Assembly (NCBI GenBank): GCA_964057225.1
Contig: CAXKVF010000073.1
Span: 806,001 to 870,000 of the forward strand
Reading direction: 5' to 3'
Length of the DNA stretch: 64,000 bases
From: Auanema rhodensis
Taxonomy: Eukaryota; Animalia; Nematoda
Position numbers and translations under genes: made by a program. Below are positions 39,778 through 55,200 of this stretch, piece after piece. The notes under the pieces were generated by a model. The model had not been told where the DNA came from, did no database searches, and worked only from the letters and a program-made list of their open reading frames with translations. Within the stretch, counting starts at the first letter, position 1. Each line of letters starts with the position of its first letter.

Positions 39778-42593
39778 TTTTAGACTAATATGGACATGGG
39801 GAATCTAATTTTGAAAACCGCATCTCTTTATCTTTCACGTGAAGCGAGTTACATACCAAGTGCACATCACGTGTACATTTAATTAGCATAAATTAAAGTT
39901 CACGTAAATTTCAAAGTCATGGTTACCATGCACCAATATCAATAAAAATTTGTTTTTAGACTAATATGGACATGGGGAATCTAATTTTGAAAACCGCATC
40001 TCTTTATCTTTCACGTGAAGCGAGTTACATACCAAGTGCACATCACGTGTACATTTAATTAGCATAAATTAAAGTTCACGTAAATTTCAAAGTCATGGTT
40101 ACCATGAACCAATATCAATAAAAATTTGTTCTTAGACTAATATGGACATGGGGAATCTAATTTTGAAAACCGCATCTCTTTATCTTTCACGTGAAGCGAG
40201 TTACATACCAAGTGCACATCACGTGTACATTTAATTAGCATAAATTAAAGTTCACGTAAATTTCAAAGTCATGGTTACCATGAACCAATATCAATAAAAA
40301 TTTGTTTTTAGACTAATATGGACATGGGGAATCTAATTTTGAAAACCGCATCTCTTTATCTTTCACGTGAAGCGAGTTACATACCAAGTGCACATCACGT
40401 GTACATTTAATTAGCATAAATTAAAGTTCACGTAAATTTCAAAGTCATGGTTACCATGCACCAATATCAATAAAAATTTGTTTTTAGACTAATATGGACA
40501 TGGGGAATCTAATTTTGAAAACCGCATCTCTTTATCTTTCATGTGAAGCGAGTTACATACCAAGTGCACATCACGTGTACATTTAATTAGCATAAATTAA
40601 AGTTCACGTAAATTTCAAAGTCATGGTTACCATGCATCAATGTCAATAAAAATTTGTTTTTAGACTAATATGGACATGGGGAATCTAATTTTGAAAACCG
40701 CATCTCTTCATCTTTCACGTGAAGCGAGTTACATACCAAGTGCACATCACGTGTACATTTAATTAGCATAAATTAAAGTTCACGTAAATTTCAAAGTCAT
40801 GGTTACCATGCACCAATATCAATAAAAATTTGTTTTTAGACTAATATGGACATGGGGAATCTAATTTTGAAAACCGCATCTCTTTTTCTTTCACGTGAAG
40901 CGAGTTACATACCAAGTGCACATCACGTGTACATTTAATTAGCATAAATTAAAGTTCACGTAAATTTCAAAGTCATGGTTACCATGCACCAATATCAATA
41001 AAAATTTGTTTTTAGACTAATATGGACATGGGGAATCTAATTTTGAAAACCGCATCTCTTTATCTTTCACGTGAAGCGAGTTACATACCAAGTGCACATC
41101 ACGTGTACAATTAATTAGCATAAATTAAAGTTCACGTAAATTTCAAAGTCATGGTTACCATGAAGCAATATCAATAAAAATTTGTTTTTAGACTAATATG
41201 GACATGGGGAATCTAATTTTGAAAACCACATCTCTTTATCTTTCACGTGAAGCGAGTTACATACCAAGTGCACATCACGTGTACATTTAATTAGCATAAA
41301 TTAAAGTTCACGTAAATTTCAAAGTAATGGTTACCATGAACCAATATCAATAAAAATTTGTTTTTAGACTAATATGGACATGGGGAATCTAATTTTGAAA
41401 ACCGCATCTCTTTATCTTTCACGTGAAGCGAGTTACATACCAAGTGCACATCACGTGTACATTTAATTAGCATAAATTAAAGTTCACGTAAATTTCAAAG
41501 TCATGGTTACCATGAACCAATATCAATAAAAATTTGTTTTTAGACTAATATGGACATGGGGAATCTAATTTTGAAAACCGCATCTCTTTATCTTTCACGT
41601 GAAGCGAGTTACATACCAAGTGCACATCACGTGTACATTTAATTAGCATAAATTAAAGTTCACGTAAATTTCAAAGTCATGGTTACCATGCACCAATGTC
41701 AATAAAAATTTGTTTTTAGACTAATATGGACATGGGGAATCTAATTTTGAAAACCGCATCTCTTCATCTTTCACGTGAAGCGAGTTACATACCAAGTGCA
41801 CATCACGTGTACATTCAATTAGCATAAATTAAAGTTCACGTAAATTTCAAAGTCATGGTTACCATGCACCAATGTCAATAAAAATTTGTTTTTAGACTAA
41901 TATGGACATGGGGAATCTAATTTTGAAAACCGCATCTCTTCATCTTTCACGTGAAGCGAGTTACATACCAAGTGCACATCACGTGTACATTTAATTAGCA
42001 TAAATTAAAGTTCACGTAAATTTCAAAGTCATGGTTACCATGCACCAATGTCAATAAAAATTTGTTTTTAGACTAATATGGACATGGGGAATCTAATTTT
42101 GAAAACCGCATCTCTTTATCTTTCACGTGAAGCGAGTTACATACCAAGTGCACATCACGTGTACATTTAATTAGCATAAATTAAAGTTCACGTAAATTTC
42201 AAAGTCATGGTTACCATGAACCAATATCAATAAAAATTTGTTTTTAGACTAATATGGACATGGGGAATCTAATTTTGAAAACCGCATCTCTTTATCTTTC
42301 ACGTGAAGCGAGTTACATACCAAGTGCACATCACGTGTACATTTAATTAGCATAAATTAAAGTTCACGTAAATTTCAAAGTCATGGTTACCATGAACCAA
42401 TATCAATAAAAATTTGTTTTTAGACTAATATGGACATGGGGAATCTAATTTTGAAAACCGCATCTCTTTATCTTTCACGTGAAGCGAGTTACATACCAAG
42501 TGCACATCACGTGTACATTTAATTAGCATAAATTAAAGTTCACGTAAATTTCAAAGTCATGGTTACCATGCACCAATATCAATAAAAATTTGT

Positions 42594-45500
42594 TTTTAAA
42601 CTAATATGGACATGGGGAATCTAATTTTGAAAACCGCATCTCTTTATCTTTCACGTGAAGCGAGTTACATACCAAGTGCACATCACGTGTATATTTAATT
42701 AGCATAAATTAAAGTTCACGTAAATTTCAAAGTCATGGTTACCATGCACCAATATCAATAAAAATTTGTTTTTAGACTAATATGGACATGGGGAATCTAA
42801 TTTTGAAAACCGCATCTCTCTATCTTTCACGTGAAGCGAGTTACATACCAAGTGCACATCACGTGTACATTTTATTAGCATAAATTAAAGTTCACGTAAA
42901 TTTCAAAGTCATGGTTACCATGCACCAATGTCAATAAAAATTTGTTTTTAGACTAATATGGACATGGGGAATCTAATTTTGAAAACCGCATCTCTTCATC
43001 TTTCACGTGAAGCGAGTTACATACCAAGTGCACATCACGTGTACATTTAATTAGCATAAATTAAAGTTCACGTAAATTTCAAAGTCATGGTTACCATGAA
43101 CCAATATCAATAAAAATTTGTTTTTAGACTAATATGGACATGGGGAATCTAATTTTGAAAACCGCATCTCTTTATCTTTCACGTGAAGCGAGTTACATAC
43201 CAAGTGCCCATCACGTGTACATTTAATTAGCATAAATTAAAGTTCACGTAAATTTCAAAGTCATGGTTACCATGCACCAATATCAATAAAAATTCGTTTT
43301 TAGACTAATATGGACATGGGGAATCTAATTTTGAAAACCGCATCTCGTTATCTTTCACGTGAAGCGAGTTACATACCAAGTGCACATCACGTGTACATTT
43401 AATTAGCATAAATTAAAGTTCACGTAAATTTCAAAGTCATGGTTACCATGCACCAATATCAATAAAAATTTGTTTTTAGACTAATATGGACATGGGGAAT
43501 CTAATTTTGAAAACCGCATCTCTTTATCTTTCACGTGAAGCGAGTTACATACCAAGTGCACATCACGTGTACATTTAATTAGCATAAATTAAAGTTCACG
43601 TAAATTTCAAAGTCATGGTTACCATGCACCAATATCAATAAAAATTTGTTTTTAGAGTAATATGGACATGGGGAATCTAATTTTGAAAACCGCATCTCTT
43701 TATCTTTCACGTGAAGCGAGTTACATACCAAGTGCACATCACGTGTACATTTAATTAGCATAAATTAAAGTTCATGTAAATTTCAAAGTCATGGTTACCA
43801 TGCACCAATGTCAATAAAAATTTGTTTTTAGACTAATATGGACATGGGGAATCTAATTTTGAAAACCGCATCTCTTTTTCTTTCACGTGAAGCGAGTTAC
43901 ATACCAAGTGCACATCACGTGTACATTTAATTAGCATAAATTAAAGTTCACGTAAATTTCAAAGTCATGGTTACCATGCACCAATATCAATAAAAATTTG
44001 TTTTTAGACTAAGATGGACATGGGGAATCTAATTTTGAAAACCGCATCTCTTTATCTTTCACGTGAAGCGAGTTACATACCAAGTGCACATCACTTGTAC
44101 AATTAATTAGCATAAATTAAAGTTCACGTAAATTTCAAAGTCATGGTTACCATGAAGCAATATCAATAAAAATTTGTTTTTAGACTAATATGGACATGGG
44201 GAATCTAATTTTGAAAACCACATCTCTTTATCTTTCACGTGAAGCGAGTTACATACCAAGTGCACATCACGTGTACATTTAATTAGCATAAATTAAAGTT
44301 CACGTAAATTTCAAAGTCATGGTTACCATGAACCAATATCAATAAAAATTTGTTTTTAGACTAATATGGACATGGGGAATCTAATTTTGAAAACCGCATC
44401 TCTTTATCTATCACGTGAAGCGAGTTACATACCAAGTGCACATCACGTGTACATTTAATTAGCATAAATTAAAGTTCACGTAAATTTCAAAGTCATGGTT
44501 ACCATGAACCAATATCAATAAAAATTTGTTTTTAGACTAATATGGACATGGGGAATCTAATTTTGAAAACCGCATCTCTTTATCTTTCACGTGAAGCGAG
44601 TTACATACCAAGTGCACATCACGTGTACATTTAATTAGCATAAATTAAAGTTCACGTAAATTTCAAAGTCATGGTTACCATGCACCAATATCAATAAAAA
44701 TTTGTTTTTAGACTAATATGGACATGGGGAATCTAATTTTGAAAACCGCATCTCTTCATCTTTCACGTGAAGCGAGTTACATACCAAGTGCACATCACGT
44801 GTACATTTAATTAGCATAAATTAAAGTTCACGTAAATTTCAAAGTCATGGTTACCATGAACCAATATCAATAAAAATTTGTTTTTAGACTAATATGGACA
44901 TGGGGAATCTAATTTTGAAAACCGCATCTCTTTATCTTTCACGTGAAGCGAGTTACATACCAAGTGCACATCACGTGTACATTTAATTAGCATAAATTAA
45001 AGTTCACGTAAATTTCAAAGTCATGGTTACCATGCACCAATGTCAATAAAAATTTGTTTTTAGACTAATATGGACATGGGGAATCTAATTTTGAAAACCG
45101 CATCTCTTCATCTTTCACGTGAAGCGAGTTACATACCAAGTGCACATCACGTGTACATTTAATTAGCATAAATTAAAGTTCACGTAAATTTCAAAGTCAT
45201 GGTTACCATGCACCAATATCAATAAAAATTTGTTTTTAAACTAATATGGACATGGGGAATCTAATTTTGAAAACCGCATCTCTTTATCTTTCACGTGAAG
45301 CGAGTTACATACCAAGTGCACATCACGTGTATATTTAATTAGCATAAATTAAAGTTCACGTAAATTTCAAAGTCATGGTTACCATGCACCAATATCAATA
45401 AAAATTTGTTTTTAGACTAATATGGACATGGGGAATCTAATTTTGAAAACCGCATCTCTCTATCTTTCACGTGAAGCGAGTTACATACCAAGTGCACATC

Positions 45501-47521
45501 ACGTGTACATTTTATTAGCATAAATTAAAGTTCACGTAAATTTCAAAGTCATGGTTACCATGCACCAATATCAATAAAAATTCGTTTTTAGACTAATATG
45601 GACATGGGGAATCTAATTTTGAAAACCGCATCTCGTTATCTTTCACGTGAAGCGAGTTACATACCAAGTGCACATCACATGTACATTTAATTAGCATAAA
45701 TTAAAGTTCACGTAAATTTCAAAGTCATGGTTACCATGCACCAATATCAATAAAAATTTGTTTTTAGACTAATATGGACATGGGGAATCTAATTTTGAAA
45801 ACCGCATCTCTTTATCTTTCACGTGAAGCGAGTTACATACCAAGTGCACATCACGTGTACATTTAATTAGCATAAATTAAAGTTCACGTAAATTTCAAAG
45901 TCATGGTTACCATGCACCAATATCAATAAAAATTTGTTTTTAGAGTAATATGGACATGGGGAATCTAATTTTGAAAACCGCATCTCTTTATCTTTCACGT
46001 GAAGCGAGTTACATACCAAGTGCACATCACGTGTACATTTAATTAGCATAAATTAAAGTTCACGTAAATTTCAAAGTCATGGTTACCATGCACCAATGTC
46101 AATAAAAATTTGTTTTTAGACTAATATGGACATGGGGAATCTAATTTTGAAAACCGCATCTCTTTTTCTTTCACGTGAAGCGAGTTACATACCAAGTGCA
46201 CATCACATGTACATTTAATTAGCATAAATTAAAGTTCACGTAAATTTCAAAGTCATGGTTACCATGCACCAATATCAATAAAAATTTGTTTTTAGACTAA
46301 GATGGACATGGGGAATCTAATTTTGAAAACCGCATCTCTTTATCTTTCATGTGAAGCGAGTTACATACCAAGTGCACATCACTTGTACAATTAATTAGCA
46401 TAAATTAAAGTTCACGTAAATTTCAAAGTCATGGTTACCATGAAGCAATATCAATAAAAATTTGTTTTTAGACTAATATGGACATGGGGAATCTAATTTT
46501 GAAAACCACATCTCTTTATCTTTCACGTGAAGCGAGTTACATACCAAGTGCACATCACGTGTACATTTAATTAGCATAAATTAAAGTTCACGTAAATTTC
46601 AAAGTCATGGTTACCATGAACCAATATCAATAAAAATTTGTTTTTAGACTAATATGGACATGGGGAATCTAATTTTGAAAACCGCATCTCTTTATCTATC
46701 ACGTGAAGCGAGTTACATACCAAGTGCACATCACGTGTACATTTAATTAGCATAAATTAAAGTTCACGTAAATTTCAAAGTCATGGTTACCATGAACCAA
46801 TATCAATAAAAATTTGTTTTTAGACTAATATGGACATGGGGAATCTAATTTTGAAAACCGCATCTCTTTATCTTTCACGTGAAGCGAGTTACATACCAAG
46901 TGCACATCACGTGTACATTTAATTAGCATAAATTAAAGTTCACGTAAATTTCAAAGTCATGGTTACCATGCACCAATGTCAATAAAAATTTGTTTTTAGA
47001 CTAATATGGACATGGGGAATCTAATTTTGAAAACCGCATCTCTTCATCTTTCACGTGAAGCGAGTTACATACCAAGTGCACATCACGTGTACATTCAATT
47101 AGCATAAATTAAAGTTCACGTAAATTTCAAAGTCATGGTTACCATGCACCAATATCAATAAAAATTTGTTTTTAGACTAATATGGACATGGGGAATCTAA
47201 TTTTGAAAACCGCATCTCTCTATCTTTCACGTGAAGCGAGTTACATACCAAGTGCACATCACGTGTACATTTAATTAGCATAAATTAAAGTTCACGTAAA
47301 TTTCAAAGTCATGGTTACCATGCACCAATGTCAATAAAAATTTGTTTTTAGACTAATATGGACATGGGGAATCTAATTTTGAAAACCGCATCTCTTCATC
47401 TTTCACGTGAAGCGAGTTACATACCAAGTGCACATCACGTGTACATTTAATTAGCATAAATTAAAGTTCACGTAAATTTCAAAGTCATGGTTACCATGCA
47501 CCAATATCAATAAAAATTTGT
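42594..47521 (+). repeat. Tandem 15-monomer duplication whose second copy is two monomers shorter (effective 13-mer offset, 2288 bp)
   Basis: [6A,99T][51C,104T] recur 15 monomers apart (42594, 45234). 174C, 50G, 8G, 53T, 12G/94T/101A/156G, 43A and 57A recur 13 monomers apart, matching the 2288-bp offset of the two ORFs. Confidence 0.8.
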
Positions 47522-50500
47522 TTTAAGACTAATATGGACATGGGGAATCTAATTTTGAAAACCGCATCTCTTTATCTTCCACGTGAAGCGAGTTACATAC
47601 CAAGTGCACATCACGTGTACATTTAATTAGCATAAATTAAAGTTCACGTAAATTTCAAAGTCATGGTTACCATGAACCAATATCAATAAAAATTTGTTTT
47701 TAGACTAATATGGACATGGGGAATCTAATTTTGAAAACCGCATCTCTTTATCTTTCACGTGAAGCGAGTTACATACCAAGTGCACATCACGTGTACATTT
47801 AATTAGCATAAATTAAAGTTCACGTAAATTTCAAAGTCATGGTTACCATGCACCAATATCAATAAAAATTTGTTTTTAGACTAATATGGACATGCGGAAT
47901 CTAATTTTGAAAACCGCATCTCTTTATCTTTCACGTGAAGCGAGTTACATACCAAGTGCACATCACGTGTACATTTAATTAGCATAAATTAAAGTTCACG
48001 TAAATTTCAAAGTCATGGTTACCATGAACCAATATCAATAAAAATTTGTTTTTAGACTAATATGGACATGGGGAATCTAATTTTGAAAACCGCATCTCTT
48101 TATCTTTCACGTGAAGCGAGTTACATACCAAGTGCACATCACGTGTACATTTAATTAGCATAAATTAAAGTTCACGTAAATTTCAAAGTCATGGTTACCA
48201 TGAACCAATATCAATAAAAATTTGTTTTTAGACTAATATGGACATGGGGAATCTAATTTTGAAAACCGCATCTCTTTATCTTTCACGTGAAGCGAGTTAC
48301 ATACCAAGTGCACATCACGTGTACATTTAATTAGCATAAATTAAAGTTCACGTAAATTTCAAAGTCATGGTTACCATGCACCAATATCAATAAAAATTTG
48401 TTTTTAGACTAATATGGACATGGGGAATCTAATTTTGAAAACCGGATCTCTTTATCTTTCACGTGAAGCGAGTTACATACCAAGTGCACATCACGTGTAC
48501 ATTTAATTAGCATAAATTAAAGTTCACGTAAATTTCAAAGTCATGGTTACCATGCACCAATGTCAATAAAAATTTGTTTTTAAACTAATATGGACATGGG
48601 GAATCTAATTTTGGAAACCGCATCTCTTTATCTTTCACGTGAAGCGAGTTACATACCAAGTGCACATCACGTGTACATTTAATTAGCATAAATTAAAGTT
48701 CACGTAAATTTCAAAGTCATGGTTACCATGCACCAATATCAATAAAAATTTGTTTTTAGACTAATATGGACATGGGGAATCTAATTTTGAAAACCGCATC
48801 TCTTTATCTTTCACGTGAAGCGAGTTACATACCAAGTGCACATCACGTGTACATTTAATTAGCATAAATTAAAGTTCACGTAAATTTCAAAGTCATGGTT
48901 ACCATGAACCAATATCAATAAAAATTTGTTTTTAGACTAATATGGACATGGGGAATCTAATTTTGAAAACCGCATCTCTTTATCTTTCACGTGAAGCGAG
49001 TTACATACCAAGTGCACATCACGTATACATTTAATTAGCATAAATTAAAGTTCACGTAAATTTCAAAGTCATGGTTACCATGAACCAATATCAATAAAAA
49101 TTTGTTTTTAGACTAATATGGACATGGGGAATCTAATTTTGAAAACCGCATCTCTTTATCTTTCACGTGAAGCGAGTTACATACCAAGTGCACATCACGT
49201 GTACATTTAATTAGCATAAATTAAAGTTCACGTAAATTTCAAAGTCATGGTTACCATGCACCAATATCAATAAAAATTTGTTTTTAGACTAATATGGACA
49301 TGGGGAATCTAATTTTGAAAACCGCATCTCTTTATCTTTCACGTGAAGCGAGTTACATACCAAGTGCACATCACGTGTACATTTAATTAGCATAAATTAA
49401 AGTTCACGTAAATTTCAAAGTCATGGTTACCATGCACCAATATCAATAAAAATTTGTTTTTAAACTAATATGGACATGGGGAATCTAATTTTGAAAACCG
49501 CATCTCTTTATCTTTCACGTGAAGCGAGTTACATACCAAGTGCACATCACGTGTACATTTAATTAGCATAAATTAAAGTTCACGTAAATTTCAAAGTCAT
49601 GGTTACCATGCACCAATATCGATAAAAATTTGTTTTTAGACTAATATGGACATGGGAAATCTAATTTTGAAAACCGCATCTCTTTATCTTTCACGTGAAG
49701 CGAGTTACATACCAAGTGCACATCACGTGTACATTTAATTAGCATAAATTAAAGTTCACGTAAATTTCAAAGTCATGGTTACCATGAACCAATATCAATA
49801 AAAATTTGTTTTTAGACTAATATGGACATGGGGAATCTAATTTTGAAAACCGCATCTCTTTATCTTTCACTTGAAGCGAGTTACATACCAAGTGCACATC
49901 ACGTGTACATTTAATTAGCATAAATTAAAGTTCACGTAAATTTCAAAGTCATGGTTACCATGCACCAATATCAATAAAAATTTGTTTTTAGACTAATATG
50001 GACATGGGGAATCTAATTTTGAAAACCACATCTCTTTATCTTTCACGTGAAGCGAGTTACATACCAAGTGCACATCACGTGTACATTTAATTAGCATAAA
50101 TTAAAGTTCACGTAAATTTCAAAGTCATGGTTACCATGCACCAATATCAATAAAAATTTGTTTTTAGACTAATATGGACATGGGGAATCTAATTTTGAAA
50201 ACCGCATCTCTTCATCTTTCACGTGAAGCGAGTTACATACCAAGTGCACATCACGTGTACATTTAATTAGCATAAATTAAAGTTCACGTAAATTTCAAAG
50301 TCATGGTTACCATGAACCAATATCAATAAAAATTTGTTTTTCGACTAATATGGACATGGGGAATCTAATTTTGAAAACCGCATCTCTTTATCTTTCACGT
50401 GAAGCGAGTTACATACCAAGTGCACATCACGTGTACATTTAATTAGCATAAATTAAAGTTCACGTAAATTTCAAAGTCATGGTTACCATGCACCAATATC

Positions 50501-52273
50501 AATAAAAATTTGTTTTTAAACTAATATGGACATGGGGAATCTAATTTTGAAAACCGCATCTCTTTATCTTTCACGTGAAGCGAGTTACATACCAAGTGCA
50601 CATCACGTGTACATTTAATTAGCATAAATTAAAGTTCACGTAACTTTCAAAGTCATGGTTACCATGCACCAATATCAATAAAAATTTGTTTTTAGACTAA
50701 TATGGACATGGGGAATCTAATTTTGAAAACCGCATCTCTTTATCTTTCACGTGAAGCGAGCTACATACTAAGTGCACATCACGTGTACATTTAATTAGCA
50801 TAAATTAAAGTTCACGTAAATTTCAAAGTCATGGTTACCATGAACCAATATCAATAAAAATTTGTTTTTAGACTAATATGGACATGGGGAATCTAATTTT
50901 GAAAACCGCATCTCTTTATCTTTCACGTGAAGCGAGTTACATACCAAGTGCACATCACGTGTACATTTAATTAGCATAAATTAAAGTTCACGTAAATTTC
51001 AAAGTCATGGTTACCATGCACCAATATCAATAAAAATTTGTTTTTAGACTAATATGGACATGGGGAATCTAATTTTGAAAACCGCATCTCTTTATCTTTC
51101 ACGTGAAGCGAGTTACATACCAAGTGCACATCACGTGTACATTTAATTAGCATAAATTAAAGTTCACGTAAATTTCAAAGTCATGGTTACCATGCACCAA
51201 TATCAATAAAAATTTGTTTTTAAACTAATATGGACATGGGGAATCTAATTTTGAAAACCGCATCTCTTTATCTTTCACGTGAAGCGAGTTACATACCAAG
51301 TGCACATCACGTGTACATTTAATTAGCATAAATTAAAGTTCACGTAACTTTCAAAGTCATGGTTACCATGCACCAATATCAATAAAAATTTGTTTTTAGA
51401 CTAATATGGACATGGGGAATCTAATTTTGAAAACCGCATCTCTTTATCTTTCACGTGAAGCGAGTTACATACCAAGTGCACATCACGTGTACATTTAATT
51501 AGCATAAATTAAAGTTCACGTAAATTTCAAAGTCATGGTTACCATGAACCAATATCAATAAAAATTTGTTTTTAGACTAATATGGACATGGGGAATCTAA
51601 TTTTGAAAACCGCATCTCTTTATCTTTCACGTGAAGCGAGTTACATACCAAGTGCACATCACGTATACATTTAATTAGCATAAATTAAAGTTCACGTAAA
51701 TTTCAAAGTCATGGTTACCATGAACCAATATCAATAAAAATTTGTTTTTAGACTAATATGGACATGGGGAATCTAATTTTGAAAACCGCATCTCTTTATC
51801 TTTCACGTGAAGCGAGTTACATACCAAGTGCACATCACGTGTACATTTAATTAGCATAAATTAAAGTTCACGTAAATTTCAAAGTCATGGTTACCATGCA
51901 CCAATATCAATAAAAATTTGTTTTTAGACTAATATGGACATGGGGAATCTAATTTTGAAAACCGCATCTCTTTATCTTTCACGTGAAGCGAGTTACATAC
52001 CAAGTGCACATCACGTGTACATTTAATTAGCATAAATTAAAGTTCACGTAAATTTCAAAGTCATGGTTACCATGCACCAATATCAATAAAAATTTGTTTT
52101 TAGACTAATATGGACATGGGGAATCTAATTTTGAAAACCGCATCTCTTCATCTTTCACGTGAAGCGAGTTACATACCAAGTGCACATCACGTGTACATTT
52201 AATTAGCATAAATTAAAGTTCACGTAAATTTCAAAGTCATGGTTACCATGAACCAATATCAATAAAAATTTGT

Positions 52274-55200
52274 TTTTCGACTAATATGGACATGGGGAAT
52301 CTAATTTTGAAAACCGCATCTCTTTATCTTTCACGTGAAGCGAGTTACATACCAAGTGCACATCACGTGTACATTTAATTAGCATAAATTAAAGTTCACG
52401 TAAATTTCAAAGTCATGGTTACCATGCACCAATATCAATAAAAATTTGTTTTTAAACTAATATGGACATGGGGAATCTAATTTTGAAAACCGCATCTCTT
52501 TATCTTTCACGTGAAGCGAGTTACATACCAAGTGCACATCACGTGTACATTTAATTAGCATAAATTAAAGTTCACGTAACTTTCAAAGTCATGGTTACCA
52601 TGCACCAATATCAATAAAAATTTGTTTTTAGACTAATATGGACATGGGGAATCTAATTTTGAAAACCGCATCTCTTTATCTTTCACGTGAAGCGAGCTAC
52701 ATACTAAGTGCACATCACGTGTACATTTAATTAGCATAAATTAAAGTTCACGTAAATTTCAAAGTCATGGTTACCATGAACCAATATCAATAAAAATTTG
52801 TTTTTAGACTAATATGGACATGGGGAATCTAATTTTGAAAACCGCATCTCTTTATCTTTCACGTGAAGCGAGTTACATACCAAGTGCACATCACGTGTAC
52901 ATTTAATTAGCATAAATTAAAGTTCACGTAAATTTCAAAGTCATGGTTACCATGCACCAATATCAATAAAAATTTGTTTTTAAACTAATATGGACATGGG
53001 GAATCTAATTTTGAAAACCGCATCTCTTTATCTTTCACGTGAAGCGAGTTACATACCAAGTGCACATCACGTGTACATTTAATTAGCATAAATTAAAGTT
53101 CACGTAAATTTCAAAGTCATGGTTACCATGCACCAATATCGATAAAAATTTGTTTTTAGACTAATATGGACATGGGAAATCTAATTTTGAAAACCGCATC
53201 TCTTTATCTTTCACGTGAAGCGAGTTACATACCAAGTGCACATCACGTGTACATTTAATTAGCATAAATTAAAGTTCACGTAAATTTCAAAGTCATGGTT
53301 ACCATGAACCAATATCAATAAAAATTTGTTTTTAGACTAATATGGACATGGGGAATCTAATTTTGAAAACCGCATCTCTTTATCTTTCACTTGAAGCGAG
53401 TTACATACCAAGTGCACATCACGTGTACATTTAATTAGCATAAATTAAAGTTCACGTAAATTTCAAAGTCATGGTTACCATGCACCAATATCAATAAAAA
53501 TTTGTTTTTAAACTAATATGGACATGGGGAATCTAATTTTGGAAACCGCATCTCTTTATCTTTCACGTGAAGCGAGTTACATACCAAGTGCACATCACGT
53601 GTACATTTAATTAGCATAAATTAAAGTTCACGTAAATTTCAAAGTCATGGTTACCATGCACCAATATCAATAAAAATTTGTTTTTAGACTAATATGGACA
53701 TGGGGAATCTAATTTTGAAAACCGAATCTCTTTATCTTTCACGTGAAGCGAGTTACATACCAAGGGCACATCACGTGTACATTTAATTAGCATAAATTAA
53801 AGTTCACGTAAATTTCAAAGTCATGGTTACCATGAACCAATATCAATAAAAATTTGTTTTTAGACTAATATGGACATGGGGAATCTAATTTTGAAAACCG
53901 CATCTCTTTATCTTTCACGTGAAGCGAGTTACATACCAAGTGCACATCACGTATACATTTAATTAGCATAAATTAAAGTTCACGTAAATTTCAAAGTCAT
54001 GGTTACCATGCACCAATATCAATAAAAATTTGTTTTTAGACTAATATGGACATGGGGAATCTAATTTTGAAAACCGCATCTCTTTATCTTTCACGTGAAG
54101 CGAGCTACATACTAAGTGCACATCACGTGTACATTTAATTAGCATAAATTAAAGTTCACGTAAATTTCAAAGTCATGGTTACCATGAACCAATATCAATA
54201 AAAATTTGTTTTTAGACTAATATGGACATGGGGAATCTAATTTTGAAAACCGCATCTCTTTATCTTTCACGTGAAGCGAGTTACATACCAAGTGCACATC
54301 ACGTGTACATTTAATTAGCATAAATTAAAGTTCACGTAAATTTCAAAGTCATGGTTACCATGCACCAATATCAATAAAAATTTGTTTTTAGACTAATATG
54401 GACATGGGGAATCTAATTTTGAAAACCGCATCTCTTTATCTTTCACGTGAAGCGAGTTACATACCAAGTGCACATCACGTGTACATTTAATTAGCATAAA
54501 TTAAAGTTCACGTAAATTTCAAAGTCATGGTTACCATGAACCAATATCAATAAAAATTTGTTTTTCGACTAATATGGACATGGGGAATCTAATTTTGAAA
54601 ACCGCATCTCTTTATCTTTCACGTGAAGCGAGTTACATACCAAGTGCACATCACGTGTACATTTAATTAGCATAAATTAAAGTTCACGTAAATTTCAAAG
54701 TCATGGTTACCATGCACCAATATCAATAAAAATTTGTTTTTAAACTAATATGGACATGGGGAATCTAATTTTGAAAACCGCATCTCTTTATCTTTCACGT
54801 GAAGCGAGTTACATACCAAGTGCACATCACGTGTACATTTAATTAGCATAAATTAAAGTTCACGTAACTTTCAAAGTCATGGTTACCATGCACCAATATC
54901 AATAAAAATTTGTTTTTAGACTAATATGGACATGGGGAATCTAATTTTGAAAACCGCATCTCTTTATCTTTCACGTGAAGCGAGTTACATACCAAGTGCA
55001 CATCACGTGTACATTTAATTAGCATAAATTAAAGTTCACGTAAATTTCAAAGTCATGGTTACCATGAACCAATATCAATAAAAATTTGTTTTTAGACTAA
55101 TATGGACATGGGGAATCTAATTTTGAAAACCGCATCTCTTTATCTTTCACGTGAAGCGAGTTACATACCAAGTGCACATCACGTGTACATTTAATTAGCA

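Noticed and set aside
43579-43761. 60-aa minus-strand ORF (MLIKCTRDVH...)
   Set aside because: It is satellite sequence. A C>G at 43657 turns the minus-strand TAG present in other monomers into TAC, letting the frame run just over one monomer. There is no recognisable domain or gene context.
45867-46049. Second identical 60-aa ORF
   Set aside because: It carries the same stop-loss SNP (45945), copied by the 13-monomer-offset block duplication, so it is not independent evidence of coding.
50339-50355. CENP-B-box-like sequence created by the 5C variant (tTTCGactaAtatGGac)
   Set aside because: It matches only 7 of 9 core bases of NTTCGNNNNANNCGGGN, lacks the second CpG and is present in six monomers only. 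The consensus has no TTCG.
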